Positions 13,864 to 27,139 of a stretch of 64,000 nucleotides of DNA are shown piece by piece (positions within the stretch are counted from its first letter, which is position 1; each line of letters starts with the position of its first letter). Made by a program: the position numbers and the translations under genes. The stretch covers positions 155,312,001 to 155,376,000 of the forward strand of contig NC_086097.1 of NCBI RefSeq assembly GCF_963921235.1, written 5' to 3'. The stretch is from Mobula hypostoma (lineage: Eukaryota). Under the pieces are notes generated by a model. The model did not search any database, was not told the origin of the DNA, and saw nothing but the letters and a program-made list of their open reading frames with translations.

Positions 13864-14440
13864 TGAGGAATTGAGGATATAAAAAAAAATCATTTTGAAC
13901 CTACGTAACCTCTGGCTAAAAGAATAATTGGGACTGAATAAGAATTTTTGAACTGAAGTAAATTCTGCCTTCAGCAGTCAGCTAAGTTCTCTCCAGCTTG
14001 CAGAGAGACATTAAGAGTTTGATAACATTGTATACTGTACCCCCATTTGAGTAGGGAGAGGAGGACTCACCAATGAGGACAGGAATGAATATCATCTGTA
14101 ATTAAGTCAGGGCCTAGCAAAAGGAATAAATGATAAGGACTGGACAGCACGTCCATCTGTAATTAAGCCTTGATTTAGCGGATTCTCTTATCTGTAACTA
14201 AGTTATGCACTAACAGACTTGGTGGGTGTACCAGTTCAAATAACATCTTGCAACAGTAATGTGTGGGGCTTACTATGTATAAATATACAGTTGTACCCTG
14301 AGGGAACAGGCCCACTTGTCAGAAGGTGGCAGTACTTCCCTTGACAACTGGGTCTTAAACTCCTGCAGGAGAATGTGCAATAAACTGATGTAACTGTAAG
14401 AAGCTGGTCTCCCGAGTTCTATTCAGATTTGACTTTAACA
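13864..14440 (+). mobile_element. Solo LTR (577 bp, ERV/Gypsy type) with 4-bp TSD, inserted in a tRNA-derived SINE
   Basis: TG...CA; GTGA at 13860-13863 and 14441-14444; TATAAA at 14278, AATAAA at 14379; flanks rejoin to a B-box-like gttcaatcgtgaccccaggtgctgtttgt. Confidence 0.75.
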
Positions 14441-14629
14441 GTGACCCCAGGTGCTGTTTGTAGACTGCTTGGACCACGGAGATGAAATGGTCTCTCTGGT
14501 TCTCTCTCCTAAGATGCTGCCTGAACTGCTGAGTGTGCTTCTGGCATTTTCTGTTTTTATCTCAGGTTTACACCATCTGAATTTCTTTTACCCTCTAATC
14601 CTTGAATGCACATCTCTGAAAAGTCTGTG

Positions 14630-15110
14630 CATATCAGAATCAGGTTTAATGACACTGGCATCTGTCGTGAAATGTATTGTTTTGCAGTAGCAGTACATTG
14701 CAATATGTAATTATTTAATAAACTATGAATTACGAGAAGGAATGTATATAAAATTAGTTAGTAGTGGAAGAAGAGTGAATAAAAGTTGAGGAAGTGTTCG
14801 TAGGTTCACTGTCCATTCAGGAAGCTGATGAAGGAATAGTTCTTCAAACATTGAGTGTGTGTCTTCAGGCTCCTGTACCTCCCTCTTGATGGTAGCGATG
14901 AAGAGAGGGCATGTCCTGGGTGATAGGGGTCCTTAATGATGAATGCCAGCTTTTTCAGGTGTCACCTTCTGAAGATTTCCTCAATGCTGGGGAATCTCTT
15001 GCCCATGATGGAGCTGGCTGAGTTTACAACTTTCTGCAGCTTTTTGTGATCCTGTCCAGCGACCCCCTTCATACTAGATGATAATGCAACTCGTTAAATG
15101 CTCTCCATGG
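14630..15110 (-). mobile_element. Rex1/Babar-type LINE 3' end
   Basis: (TCTGAT)-type tail at 14632-14645; IIKDP.HP.HALF..LPS-like coding remnant. Confidence 0.75.
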
Positions 15111-15189
15111 TAATTCAAAAGAGTGATGACGGGCTACCCCGGCGTGTGCACACCGTGAAATGGTGAGGGAGGCTCTAGAAAAATGATAA

Positions 15190-15705
15190 ATTCAAGACTC
15201 TGCAGATTTTTGAAATCTAGAGCAACACTCACACCCAAAGTGTCGGAGGAACTCAGCAGGTCAGCCAGCATATGAGACCCTCCATTGTTTGGGGTCAACT
15301 CCTGATGTTGTGTCCTGGCTCTCTACATTGCCGATATGCCAGTCAGGGCAATAGGATATGGAGAGTAAGCTGTTACCCATGCAGCAGTCTCCCTCTCTCC
15401 ATGCGGCTTATGAATCCAAAGTAAGGGCAGAGACTGATACAATTTGGCACGAGCGGTGACGCAGGCATTGCCAGTCAGCATTGAACTCAATGGAAAACTG
15501 CTTTTGGGACCCTCGGGGTTTACTACTGAAGCCGTCCTCGCGAGTGGGTAAACTGCAGCTGCAAAGCAGGGGAGGTTTGAGATCAGACTTTTCCTTCTTC
15601 TCTGTGACCTGCCATCCACGGGTAACTGGCCTCATCTGCCCATAAGTAAGCATCTATGGAGAGGAATAAACAATCAACATTTCGGGCCGTAACCCCTCAC
15701 TGGTG
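15190..15705 (-). mobile_element. Penelope-like terminal fragment interrupted by a ~370-bp unrelated (possibly RTE-related) insert
   Basis: ggaggaactcagcaggtcag-cagcat...ctatggag..aacatttcgggcc matches the terminus at 42480-42613; AGCAT flanks the insert on both sides. Confidence 0.6.
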
Positions 15706-15934
15706 TTGCTCTGTGAGAATGAGCCCCACTACGAGTGTGCCACACCTTTGATTTCGCCAAGCTTTGCTTCTCATCCTGTTGGGTTAGAATTGGAGCCCAC
15801 ACCTTGTACACTTGCAGGTTGGAGAAAGTGTCACACGGGTGTGATGCCACTCCCCACTAACTCTGTGGACTGAGAGCAGTTAAGTTGTGTGGCTCCTTTC
15901 TGTCCTCTCATGGACACACACTGCAAGACTGGTA

Positions 15935-16725
15935 CATAACACATTGGAGTAGAATTAGGCTGTTCATTCCATCCCTTCTCTGCAATTCCATCATGGCAGA
16001 TTTATTTTCCATCTTCAACCTGTTCGCCAGCCTTCTTCCCGTAACCTTTCATGCCCTTACAAATCAGTAGCCTATCAACCTCCACATTAAACATACCCAT
16101 TGACTTGCCCTCCACAGGAACCTGTGGCAATGAATTACATACAGCAAAAGAAATTTCTTTGTATCTCTGTTCTAAAGGGGAGTGCTTCCATTCTGGGGAT
16201 GTGACCACTGGTTCCAGACTCCGGCACTGTATGAAACATCCTATTCACATCCACTCTGTCCAGGCCTCACAACATTCAGTTGATGTAAATGAGATCCTCC
16301 ACACCCCCGATTCTTCTGAACTCTTGCGATGACCGGGTAGAGTCATCAAATGGTCTGCATATGTTAATTCTTTCATTCCTGGGATCACTCTTGTGAATCA
16401 CATCTGGACCCTTTCAAATGCCATCATATTCTATTGTAGATAAGGGGCCCAGATGTGTTCCCAATACTTTAAATGCAATCTGACCAATGCCTTGTAAAGT
16501 CTCTGCATTGCATACTTGATTTTATATTCTAATAATATAATATTTTATATTCTTGAAATGAATACGAACATTGCATTTGATTCCATATCACTATCTTAAC
16601 CTGCAAGTTGCTCTTTTGTGAACCCTGCATGTCCCTTTCATCCTCTGATTTCTGAATTTACTCCCCTTTTAAAAAATATTTTATGCCTTTATTCCTTCGA
16701 CCAAACTGCATGACCATCTTCACTT
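15935..16725 (-). mobile_element. CR1 3' fragment
   Basis: CR1 3' end and W/CNSLP...GMKGYG C-terminal motif. Confidence 0.85.
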
Positions 16726-17464
16726 CCCACCTCCCACCTCACTACGAGACTTTGGATGCTGGAATCTGAAGCAACACGCAAACAGCTGGAAGAAATCAGA
16801 GGGTCAGGCAGCATATGCAGAGGGGGATGAACAATCAATCTCTCCGGAGTAAGGGATAGAACAGATATTGTAGTAACTTCTACTTTGAAAAAAGCACACT
16901 CAACAACTTCATGCTGAAAGAAACAACTTTATCTCGAACGTCAAAACCGTTATGCATATACAGAGGCTTTCACAACCCGTACGGCATGGCAGGGACACTA
17001 TATACAAAAGCACACTGGAAGTGAAAGAACAGAAGTAGAACCCGCCCCCCCCCATTATCCTAATTAATATTAACTTACTTTTAATAATGCTCACATTGCA
17101 ACAGATATAACCATTATAAGGAGGAGGGGGAAGGAGGTGCAGCTACAGTAGGCATGTGATGTGTGAATCCAGGTTATCAGGCGGGGTGAGGGGTGATAAG
17201 CAGATGGAGCAGGGCAGAGAGAGGGAATGATGTTTAAAGCTTGGACTGTTTTAGTGGTGTTTAATACTGTGGCTTTCTGGAGATTTCATTGAATGTTGCT
17301 GTATAGGCCTAATTGTTTTGTTGGGCAATGCAATTGGTGGAAACAAACATTCAGTAATTCACAACCATTGACATTGAATGGGGGTTCACTTCAAGAGGCT
17401 GGTCTGACGTGATGAAATAATTACGTGAAGCTTTTTTTACCGTGCTTTATGTACAGTTTTTTTT

Positions 17465-18135
17465 TAGATTATGAGGACACGCAGTTCTCGTTTATTGTCA
17501 TTTAGTAATGCATGCATTAAGAAATAACACAATGTTCCTCCAGTATATCACAGAAACACAAGACAGACCAAGACTAAAAAACTGACAAAAACCACATAAT
17601 TATAACATATAGTTACAACAGTGCAAAGCAATACTGTAATTTGATAAAGAACAGACCATGGGCACGGTAAGAAAAAGTCTCCAAGTCTCGAAAGTCCCAC
17701 ATCTCACGCAGACGGTAGAAGGAAGAAAACTCTCCCTACCATGAACCTCCAGTGCCACAAAATTGCCGATGCAGCACCCTGGAAGCACTCAACCACAGCC
17801 GACTCTTGGGTCTGTCCGAAAACTTCGAGCCTCCGACCAGCCCTCCGACACCGAGCACCGAGCACCATCTCTGCCGAGCGCTTCGACCCTGGCCCCGGCT
17901 GCCAAGCAACAGGCAAAGCCGAGGATTCAGGGCCTTCCCCTCCAGAGATTCTCGATTGCACAGTAGCGGCGGCAGTGAAGCGAGCATTTCAGAAGTTTCT
18001 CCAGATGTTCCTCCGTGTTTCTCACGTCTGTCTCCATCAAATCAGGATTGTGCATGGCATCCTACTTGACAAATACAGTTATCATTCACCGGAGAGTCCG
18101 TGCATGCTGCGTCACCCTGCATCCTCTCTTCCCCC
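17465..18135 (-). mobile_element. Non-coding retroposon (SINE-like) with 3' hairpin and TAATC tail; longer copy
   Basis: Clearly similar to 51765-52128 in opposite orientation; CpG-rich 5' half; no recognisable ORF. Confidence 0.75.
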
Positions 18136-18254
18136 TTTTGGAGGACAATATGAAGTTTGTTACAGTTTCCCTTGAACCTAAAACACCTCACCCATTTTAC
18201 TTGCGAAAACTGACTTTGATGACCTTGATGCTCCAGGAAGGTGCCAGAATTATT

Positions 18255-18740
18255 GAACCTGTCAACGCAGTCGCTTTGAAAATTGCCAGAGTTTTGGGAG
18301 CAAAATGCCCTCGCTTGGTTTGTACAAGCCATGGTCTAATTTGCACTGTGAGAAATATCCGTGGATGACACCAGAGTTTAATACATAGTAAAGCCGCTCA
18401 GTAAGAGTTGTGAGTCTGCTTGATGCTCGCCTGAACACAATAAATACCGATTGCTGAAAGCTCGCCTTTTATAGACATTTGGACTGTTGGAGTCTAAGTG
18501 TGCCAAGCAGTTGATGTCCTTGCCTGGCCTGGGGGATGATAAGCCTTAAGAGCTAATGGACCACATGCTCTCTCTCCTGAGAGAATCACCATCGATATCT
18601 TATTTTTAAAGGACTCTTCATGCAGCAAAGACCTAATCAAGTTCTCATAGCCCTCACTGATATACCAGTAAATTACGATAGGGAAGTTGTTAAAATGCCT
18701 GATGGTCTACACTGAGCAAGGCAGAGGTGCATAATTCCTC
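18255..18740 (+). mobile_element. Gypsy (CsRn1-like) gag remnant; its probable LTR (~17390-18200) is split by the element above
   Basis: VNAVALKLPEFWEQNALAWFVQA and later LGDDKP..LMDHML, typical of CsRn1-type Gag N-termini. Confidence 0.75.
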
Positions 18741-19149
18741 CTCCTCTCCCTGCCTCAATAACACTAGTGAGCAGGGTATCCACCACACGCATGTCCATGG
18801 CTTTAAAAACAGCCATTTTCATCTAGCTATCCAGTTAATCTATGCCCCTTCTCATTTTCTACACCTCTTATCAATTATTCTTTCATGTTTCGCATTCGAA
18901 AGATTGCTTGTTCAACCTTCCAGTCCAGTGAGCATCCTGGTAAATCTCCTCTGCACCCTCCATAGCTTCCACACGCTTTGTGCAATGAGATGATAGATTC
19001 AATACATTCACCAGGAGGTGGACGAGGAGTCGAGGCAAGCAATCGGCAAACGCAGCAAACTAAATTTATCAATGTGAGTTGGCAGTGTTCCAAAATTGCT
19101 CTCACCTTGCAGACATGCCTTCCAATTGATTTCTCCAGCCTCCCAAATG

Positions 19150-19678
19150 TTTAACTATAGAATAACAGATCAGATTTGATGAGCTGAACAGAAGAATTCT
19201 CCTTCGTCTCATGGCCTTATGGAGACTGTTCTGACTGGTTGCTCACCTCTTGCTATCAATGGGCCACTGCACAGAACCGGAAAAGGCTGCCAAGGGTTGT
19301 AAACTGACCCAGCTCGCTCATGGGTTCCAGCCTCCCGAGCATCAAGGACATCTTTAAATGGTGATGACTCAAAACAGTGGCATCTATCGTTCAGGATCCC
19401 TAGGACAAAGGATATGCCCTTTTCTCAGTCCTACCGTCAGGGATCAGGGACAGGAGTCTGAAGAGAGACACCCAACATTTCAGAAACAGTTTCTTCCCGT
19501 CCCAACAGCAGATTTCTAAATGTGGTCAGTGAACCCATGAACAATATTTCATGCATTTGTTCTGTTTTGCACTGATTATTTATTATTTTAATTTGTAGTA
19601 TATTTTATGTATTGCACTGTACTGCTGCCACAAAACAACAAATGTTTGATAAATGTCAATGATAATAAACCTGATTCA
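19150..19678 (+). mobile_element. Rex1/Babar-type LINE 3' end
   Basis: ET.LTGC..W-like, RKRL.RVV, ALFSVLPSG..RSLK remnants; ends aataaacctgattc. Confidence 0.75.
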
Positions 19679-22136
19679 TATTTTAACGTGTAAGAGGTAC
19701 AGAGAAAGAGCAGTAGAGGGAAAGCAATAAGATAACAGATCATAATGAGGGCCTTTAATCATCCCTGCTATCATTTACGTTAACATCTTCTACTCCCTTT
19801 CAAAAACCTTCATACCTGCTAAGACCTTGTTATTTAAAAAGGTGTTTTCCTGGCTCTGTTTGTTGCTATTTCAAAAGGCCAGAAGCTGATATACATTTTG
19901 AACTACACTCTCAACTTGATCAGCTCTTTCAATGATTACTACACAAACACTCCTTAACATTACCATTGGTGATTAGTCACTGAGCTGTAAGCTCACACAA
20001 AGGCAATTTACCAGTACAGATCTCACTTACCAGTGTTTGGCCTATATCCTTCAAAACCTTCCCAATCCATGTACGTGTCCAGCTATCTTTTAAAAGTTGT
20101 TATTGTACCTGCTTCAAGCAGCACCTCCCACAGCTCATTCCACAAAGATATAGCCCATTGAGTGAAAAATAAAGATGCCCCTCAAGTTCCTATGAAATCT
20201 TTCCCCTGTCACCTTAAACATATACCCCATAGGCCTTGACTCCTAACCCTTGGGAAGGACTGTGTGCACTCACTGTCTATGTCCCTCGTGATTTTATACA
20301 TTTCAATAAAGTCAATTCCCAGTCTGCTACACTCAGGTCCTCAACAACTGACAACATTCTTGTAAACCTTTTCTGCGCTTGTACTCTTTTCAATTAAATG
20401 ACATCTTTCCTGTAATGGTGTCCACAGGATTCAGAATCAGAATCAGGCTTATTATGAAGGACATACAGGTAAAAGTTACTATAAATTATGAGATAAATAA
20501 AGAATACAAAATGGTTGTTCATGGGTTCATGAACCATTCAGAAACCCGTAGGTCAAGAGGAAGAAGCAGTTTCTGCATCATTGAATGCGGTTTACAGGCT
20601 CCTGAAGCTCCTCCCTGACGGTAGGAATGAGAAGAGGGCATTTCCTGGATGGTCCTCTTGAGACACTATAACCTGACACATAGAAAACATGGAAAACCTA
20701 CAGCACAATTCAGGCCCTTCGGCCCACAATGCTGTGCTGAGCATGTACTTACTTTAGAAATTACCTAGGCTTGCCCATAATCCTCTATTTTTCTGAGCCC
20801 CATGTACCTATCCAAGAGTCTCTTACAAGGTCCTATTGTATCCGCCTCCACCACCATCACCAATAACCCATTCCACACACTCACCACACTGTGTAAAAAG
20901 AAAAAACTTACCCCTGACATCTCCTCTGTACCTACTTCCAAGCACCTTAAAACTGTGCCAGCTCGTTTTAGCCATTTCAACCTGGGAAAAAGCCTCTGAC
21001 TATCCGCACTATCAATGCCTCTGATCATCCTATACACCTCTATCAGGTCACCTCTCATCCCCTGTTGCACCAAGGAGAAAAAGCCATAGTCACTCAACCT
21101 ATTCTCATAAGGCATGCTCCCAAATCCAGGCAACATCCTTGTAAATCTCTGTGCCCTCTCTATAGTTCCCACATCTTTCCTGTAGTGAGCTGACCAGAAC
21201 TGAGCACAGTACACCAAGTGGGGTCTGACCAGGGTTGTATACAGCTGTAACATTACCTCTCGGCTCTTGTACTCAGTCCCATGGTTGATGAAGGCCAATA
21301 CACTGTATGCCTTCTGATCCACACAGTCAACCTGTGCAGCAGCTTGGAGTATCCAATGGACATGGACCCCAAGATCCCTCTGATCCTCCACACTGCCAAG
21401 AGTCTTACCATCAATACTATATTCTGCCATCATATTTGTCCTACCAAAATGAACCACCTCACACTTACCTGTGTTGGACTCCATCTGCCACTTCTCAGCT
21501 CAGTTTTGTATCCTATAGATGTCCCGTTGTAACCTCTGACAGCCCTCCACACTATCCACAACATCCCTAACCTTTGTACAATCAGCAAATTTACTTACCC
21601 ATACCCCACTTCCCCATCCAAGTCATTTATAAAAATCACAAAGAGAAGGGGTCCCAGAACAGATCCCTGAGGCACACCACTGGTCACCAACCTCCATGCG
21701 TAATATGACCCGTCTACAACCACTTTTTGCCGTCTGTGAGTAAGCCAGTTCTGGATCCACAAAGCTATGTCCCCTTGGATCCCGTGCCTCCTTACTTTCT
21801 CAATAAGCCTTGCATAGGGTACCTTATTAAATGCCTTGCTGAAATCCATATACACTACATCTACTGCTCTACCTTCATGAATGTGTTTAGTCACATCCTC
21901 AAAAAATTCAATCTAGCTCATAAGGCATAGAATTTCCCGTGCTATCTCTACTCCCTTTCTTGAATAAGGGAACAACATCTGCAACCCTTCAATCCTCCGG
22001 AACCAGTCCCGTCCCCATTGATGATGCAAAGGTCATTGCCAGCGGCTCAGCAATCTCCTCCCTCGCCTCCCACAGTAGACTGGGGTATGTCTCATCCGGT
22101 CTCATCTGAATCAAAGTATTCATTAAGTACCTCCGC

Positions 22137-22595
22137 TGATGAAGTATGTAAAAGGGTTAACACATTAATTAAACAATAGCAGCCTCTTCTTTCTGAAAGA
22201 AACCGCTGATGATCAACAGATGTGTTAAGCCATGCTGAGCCATATTTCTTCTCAGAGTTAGTGTTTCAAGGTCTTAGTTTCTTTGTGCAGTCATGCGCAG
22301 AGATAAGACCAGCCTGTTCTGTGTATGTTCTGTCCATTATAACTATTCTGTAATTTATCTCTTGGTACTGTCAAGCAATAGATAAGTCTGACTCCAGCTT
22401 GGTATGTGTGGGGGTATCTGAACACTATATCTTTTCTGTTAGGGGAATTGTGAGTTATTTGGTGGATTGGGCAGGAAAGGTCACAGACGGACTGTTCCTG
22501 TTTGAGTGACTAACTGAGTGAGCCCTGGGTGCTTTGAATAAAGAGTTTGCACTTATATGGTCTCTGACTGACTTTATCTGGATTCGACTTCCACA
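22137..22595 (+). mobile_element. Solo LTR (459 bp) with 4-bp TSD
   Basis: TGATGAAGT...ACTTCCACA; CCGC at 22133-22136 and 22596-22599; AATAAA at 22537. Confidence 0.85.
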
Positions 22596-24375
22596 CCGCT
22601 ACCTCCTCCGGTTCCATACACACTTTTCCACTGTCACACTTGTTTGGTCCTATTCTCTCACCTCTTATCTTCTTGCTCTTCACATACTTGTAGAATGCCT
22701 TAGGGTTTTCCTTAACCCTGCTCGCCAAGGCCCCTTCTGGCTCTCCTAATTTCATTCTTAAGCTCATTTCTGATGGTCTTGTAATTATCTAGATCTCCAT
22801 CATTATGTAGTTTTTTGAACTTTTCATAATCTTTCCTTTTCTTCTTCACCAGATTTTCTACACTCTTTGTACACTTTGGTTCATATACTGTACCAAACTT
22901 CCCATCTCATTGGAACGTACCTATGCAGCACACCACGCAAATATCCCCGAACATCTGCCACACTTCTCCTGTACAGTTCCCTGAGAATATCTGCTCCCAA
23001 TTTATGCTTCCAAGTTCCTGCCTGATAGCTTCATATTTCCCCTTACTGCAATTAAATGTTTTCCTGACTTGTCTGCTCCTATCCCTCTCCAATGGTAAAG
23101 GAGATAGAATTGTGATCATTATCTCCAAAATGCTTGTCCACTGAGAGACCTGACACATGACCAGGTTGATTTCACAATACCAGATCAAGCACAGCCTCTC
23201 CTCTTCTAAGCTTATCTAGATATTGTCATAAATCCTTCCTGAACACACCTAACAAATTCCACCCCATCTAAACCCTTTGCTCTAGGGAAATGCCAATCAA
23301 TATTGGGGAAATTAAAATCACCCATCACGACAGCCCTGTTATTATTGCACCGTTCCAGAATCTGTCTCCCTCTCTGCTCAATGTCCCTGTTTCTGTTGGG
23401 TGGTCTATAAAAGAACACCCAGTAATGTTATTGACTCCTTCCTGTTTCTAACTTCCACCCACAGAGACTCAGTAAACAATCCCTCCATGACCTCCACCTT
23501 TTCTGCAGTTGTGACACTATTTCTGATCAACAGTGCCACGTCCCCACCTCTTTTGCCTCCCTCCTTATCCTTTCTGAAACATCTCAAGCCTAGCATTCTG
23601 AGCAACCATTCCTGACCCTGAGCCATCCAAGTCTCTGTGATGGCCACAACATCACAGCTCCAAGTACTGATCTATGCTTTAAGCTCATTTGCTTTGTTCA
23701 TGATACCCCTTGCATTAAAATAGACACATCTCAAACCATAAGTCTGAGCACATCCCTTTTCTATCACCTGCCTATCCTCCCTCTCACACTGCCTGCAAGC
23801 TTTCTCTATTTGTGAGCTAACCACCCCTTCCTCCATCTATTCAGTTCGATTCCCACCCCCTTTTAATTCTAGTTCAAACTCTCCCCAATAGCCTTAGCAA
23901 GCCTCCCTGCCAGGATATTGGACCCCTCGGATTCAAGTGCAACCTGTTCTTTTTGTACAGGTCACTCCTGCCCCAAAAGAGGTCTCAATAATCCAGAAAT
24001 CTGAATCCCTGCCCCCTGCTCCAAACCTTCTGCCATGCATTTATCCTCCACCTCCCTCTATTCCTATACTCACTGTCGCGTGGCACAGGCAATAATCCTG
24101 AGATTTCTACCTTTGAGGTCCTGCTTCTCAACTTCCTTCCTAACTCCCTGCAGTCTGTTTTCAGGACCTCCTCCCTTTTCCTACCTATGTCGTTGATACC
24201 AATATGTACCATGAACTCTGGTTGTTCACCTTCCTACTTCAGGGTATTGTGGACACAATCAGAAACATCCTGGACCCTGGCACCTGGGAGGCAAAATGTT
24301 TCTTTCCCGCATCCACAGGATCACCTTTCTGACCCCCTAACTATAGAGTCCCCTATCACTCTATAAAGCTGTCTT

Positions 24376-24620
24376 CTTTTAAAATTCTTCCTGCCAGTCT
24401 GACTCGCTGACGTCCATGTGCCCGCACAGTTGTGCCTCGATCAAACCACTGAAGAAAACATAATGCCCTTTTAAACTCTTCCTGCCAGTCTACTCGCTGA
24501 CGTCTCCTTTTAAAATTCTTCCTGCCAGTCTGACTCGTTGACGTCCATGTGCCCGCACAGTCATTCCTCAATCAAACCCCTGAAGAAAAAATTATTTCCT
24601 TTTAAGCTCTTCCCGCCAGA
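24376..24620 (-). promoter_or_regulatory. Tandem monomers at the CR1 5' end, each complete unit carrying a CRE-like TGACGTC
   Basis: cttttaaa(a)ttcttcctgccagtctgactcgctgacgtc recurs at 24376, 24468, 24507 and (partial) 24599; promoter function is inferred. Confidence 0.55.
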
Positions 24621-24744
24621 CTAACACAGTTAGACCGCAAAGGAGCTGCAAACAGCCTTGGGGAGTTGTCATGCAGGATTCCCTAAAGATTGAGTCGGTG
24701 AGAAGAAAGGCAAACGCAATGTTGGTAATCATTTCGAGAGGAGC

Positions 24745-25250
24745 AATTATTAAACATACCCATTGACATGGCCTCCACAGAAACGTGTGGCAATGAATTC
24801 CATACATCCACAACCATATAGCAAAAGAAATTCCTCCTCATTTCTCTTCTAAAGGATAGTCCCTCCATTTTGAGGATGTGACCAATGGTCTCAGATTCCC
24901 CTACTGGAGGAAACATTCTCTTCGCATCCACTCTGTCTTGGCCTTACAATAATCAGTTGGATTAAATGAAATCTACCCACAACCCATGTTCTTCTACACT
25001 CTTGCGAGTACAGGGAAGAGTTATCAGAAGTTCCTCATATATAAACCCTTCCACTTCCGGAATCATTCCTGTGTACCACATCTGGACCCTCACAAATGCC
25101 ATCATATCCTGGCTCAGATCAGGGGCCCCAAACTGTTCACAATACTTGAAATGCGGTGTGACCAATGCCTCATAAATTCTCTGCATTACATCCTAGACCT
25201 CTCCTCTCAAAATGAGTACTAACATTGCATTTGACTTCCATACCACTGAC
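24745..25250 (-). mobile_element. CR1 3' fragment
   Basis: ALVTPHFKYCEQF, VVDVWNSLP. Confidence 0.85.
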
Positions 25251-25444
25251 AGAGCGCAATAGTTCTGTGAGAACTAACTCAGTCACATACAGACAGGGAG
25301 GGTGATTATTACACATCTCAGATACGTTCAGGGTGGCTGCCAAACGAACAACTGTAAAATGTGACAATAAATGAACTGGAACATCTCACCATAATTTTAC
25401 TGAACGTACACACCATGAACGCATTTTAAAAACAAGAACAATAA

Positions 25445-26590
25445 GTAGCATTGGATGTTGTTTATTTGGATTTTCAGAACACATTTGAACTGGTGCTGCT
25501 TAACAAGGTAATGGCCCATGATATCACAGCAAAGATACTGGCATGGAGAGAGCAGGAGCTGATCGGCAGAAGGCAAAGAGGGGGCATAAAATGAGCTTTT
25601 TTCTGATAGGCTGCTGGTGACTGGTGGTGTTCTGCAAATGCTGGTGTTGGGACCGCTTCTTTTATATTGTACGTCACTAATTTGGATGACAGAATTTATG
25701 GTTTTGCGGCCAAGTTTGTGGACAATATGAAGATAGGCAAAGGGGTAAGTCGTGCAGAGGAAGTAGGGAGGGAGGCTGCAAAAGGACATGGACAGATTAG
25801 AAGAATAAGCAAAGAAGCAAATGGAATTCAGTGTCAAGAAGTGTATTGTCATTCACTTTAGTAGAAGGAATAAAAGCACAGACTACTTTCCAAACAGGGA
25901 AAAAGAACTGAAATGTATGAGCTGCAAAAGGTCTCGGGGTTGTCATGCAGGATTCCCTAAAGATTAATTGATAGGTTGAGTTGGTGAGGAGAAAGGCAAA
26001 TGCAATGTAGTATTCATTTCGAGAGGAGTAAAATATGAAAATGAGGATGTAATACTGAGGCTTTATAAGGCACTGGTGAGTCCTCACTTGCAGTTTTGTG
26101 AGCAGTTTTATGCCTTTATTTAAGAAAAGTAGAGCTGACATTGGAAACAGTTCCTATGAGGTTATGAGAAAAGAGTCCAGGAATGGAAGGCATATCGTAT
26201 GAAGAGTGATCAATTGCTCTGGGCGTTTACATGCTAGAATGTCAAAGAATAAGCAGGGATCTCATTAACTGTTGAAAGACCTAGATAGTGGATGTTGAGA
26301 GGATTTTTCTATGGTGGCGGTCTCGGACCAGAGAGCACAGCCTCACAGTAGAGGGATGGCCATTTAGAATGCAGAGGGTGGGGAATCTGTGGAATTTGTT
26401 ACCATGGGTGACTGTGGTGGTCAGGTGATCGGGTGTATTTAAGGTGGATGTTGGTAAATTCTTGATTAATCAGGGTGTGAAAGGTTAAGGAGAGAAGGCG
26501 GGTGTATGAGGATGAGAGGGAAATGGATTAGCCATAATGAAATGGAGGAGCAGACCTGTTGTGCTGAATAGGCTAATTTGCTCCTCTGTC
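25445..26590 (+). mobile_element. CR1 RT-to-3' fragment, decayed
   Basis: DVVYLDFQ, AKFVD.MKIG, LYKALV.PHL; CR1 3' end. Confidence 0.85.
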
Positions 26591-27139
26591 TCATGGAATT
26601 CTTCAGTACGATCACATCTTTTTTTGTAATGTACTGACTGGAATAACGCACAGTCATTAAGCTGTGATGTACACCAGTGCTCTGCACAATTCCAAAATAA
26701 ACACTTTCCCATTTGAACCTTCTTATATCCCTGTCTCCAAAAGAAGACAAGGATAAGTGGTGAGTGTGGTAAAATTCTTTTTAACTAACATGTACAGATC
26801 ATCTCGCAATGTTTGCAATCGATCAGCTCCTGACTTGGTGAGTAATCTCCTCTCTGCCTTCTGATCAGTGTTAAATGTAAATACATGTGTGTAATGAAAA
26901 GGTCAGGAAGTAGTTGACAAAGATATACGGCAGCATTGAAAACTCCCTTCTCCTCAGCCCCCAGAAACAACCCCAATCCCCTTCTCTCTTATCTCCCACT
27001 CTCCGTTTTACCTTCCTCCCTTCCAATTCCCTGTTCTTTCTTTCAATCTACCCCAACCCAATCCAATTGTCCCTCTGACAATCTCCAACTGCTCAAGGGG
27101 GCTCTCTGTTTCAACTCCTGGTGAATCAGGAATCTGGTT

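Larger units (their letters stand above)
20680..24620 (-). mobile_element. CR1 LINE from 5' UTR to 3' tail, with internal deletions and a nested solo LTR
   Basis: Esterase ORF1 (23985-24350), APE (AITETW, YRPP, MGDFN), RT ([18 protein letters not shown]), C-terminal ORF 20765-21484; CR1 3' hairpin gggccgaagggcctg. Confidence 0.95.

Noticed and set aside
17600..18175. Cluster of overlapping ORFs on both strands
   Set aside because: A by-product of GC-rich repeat sequence; no recognisable domain
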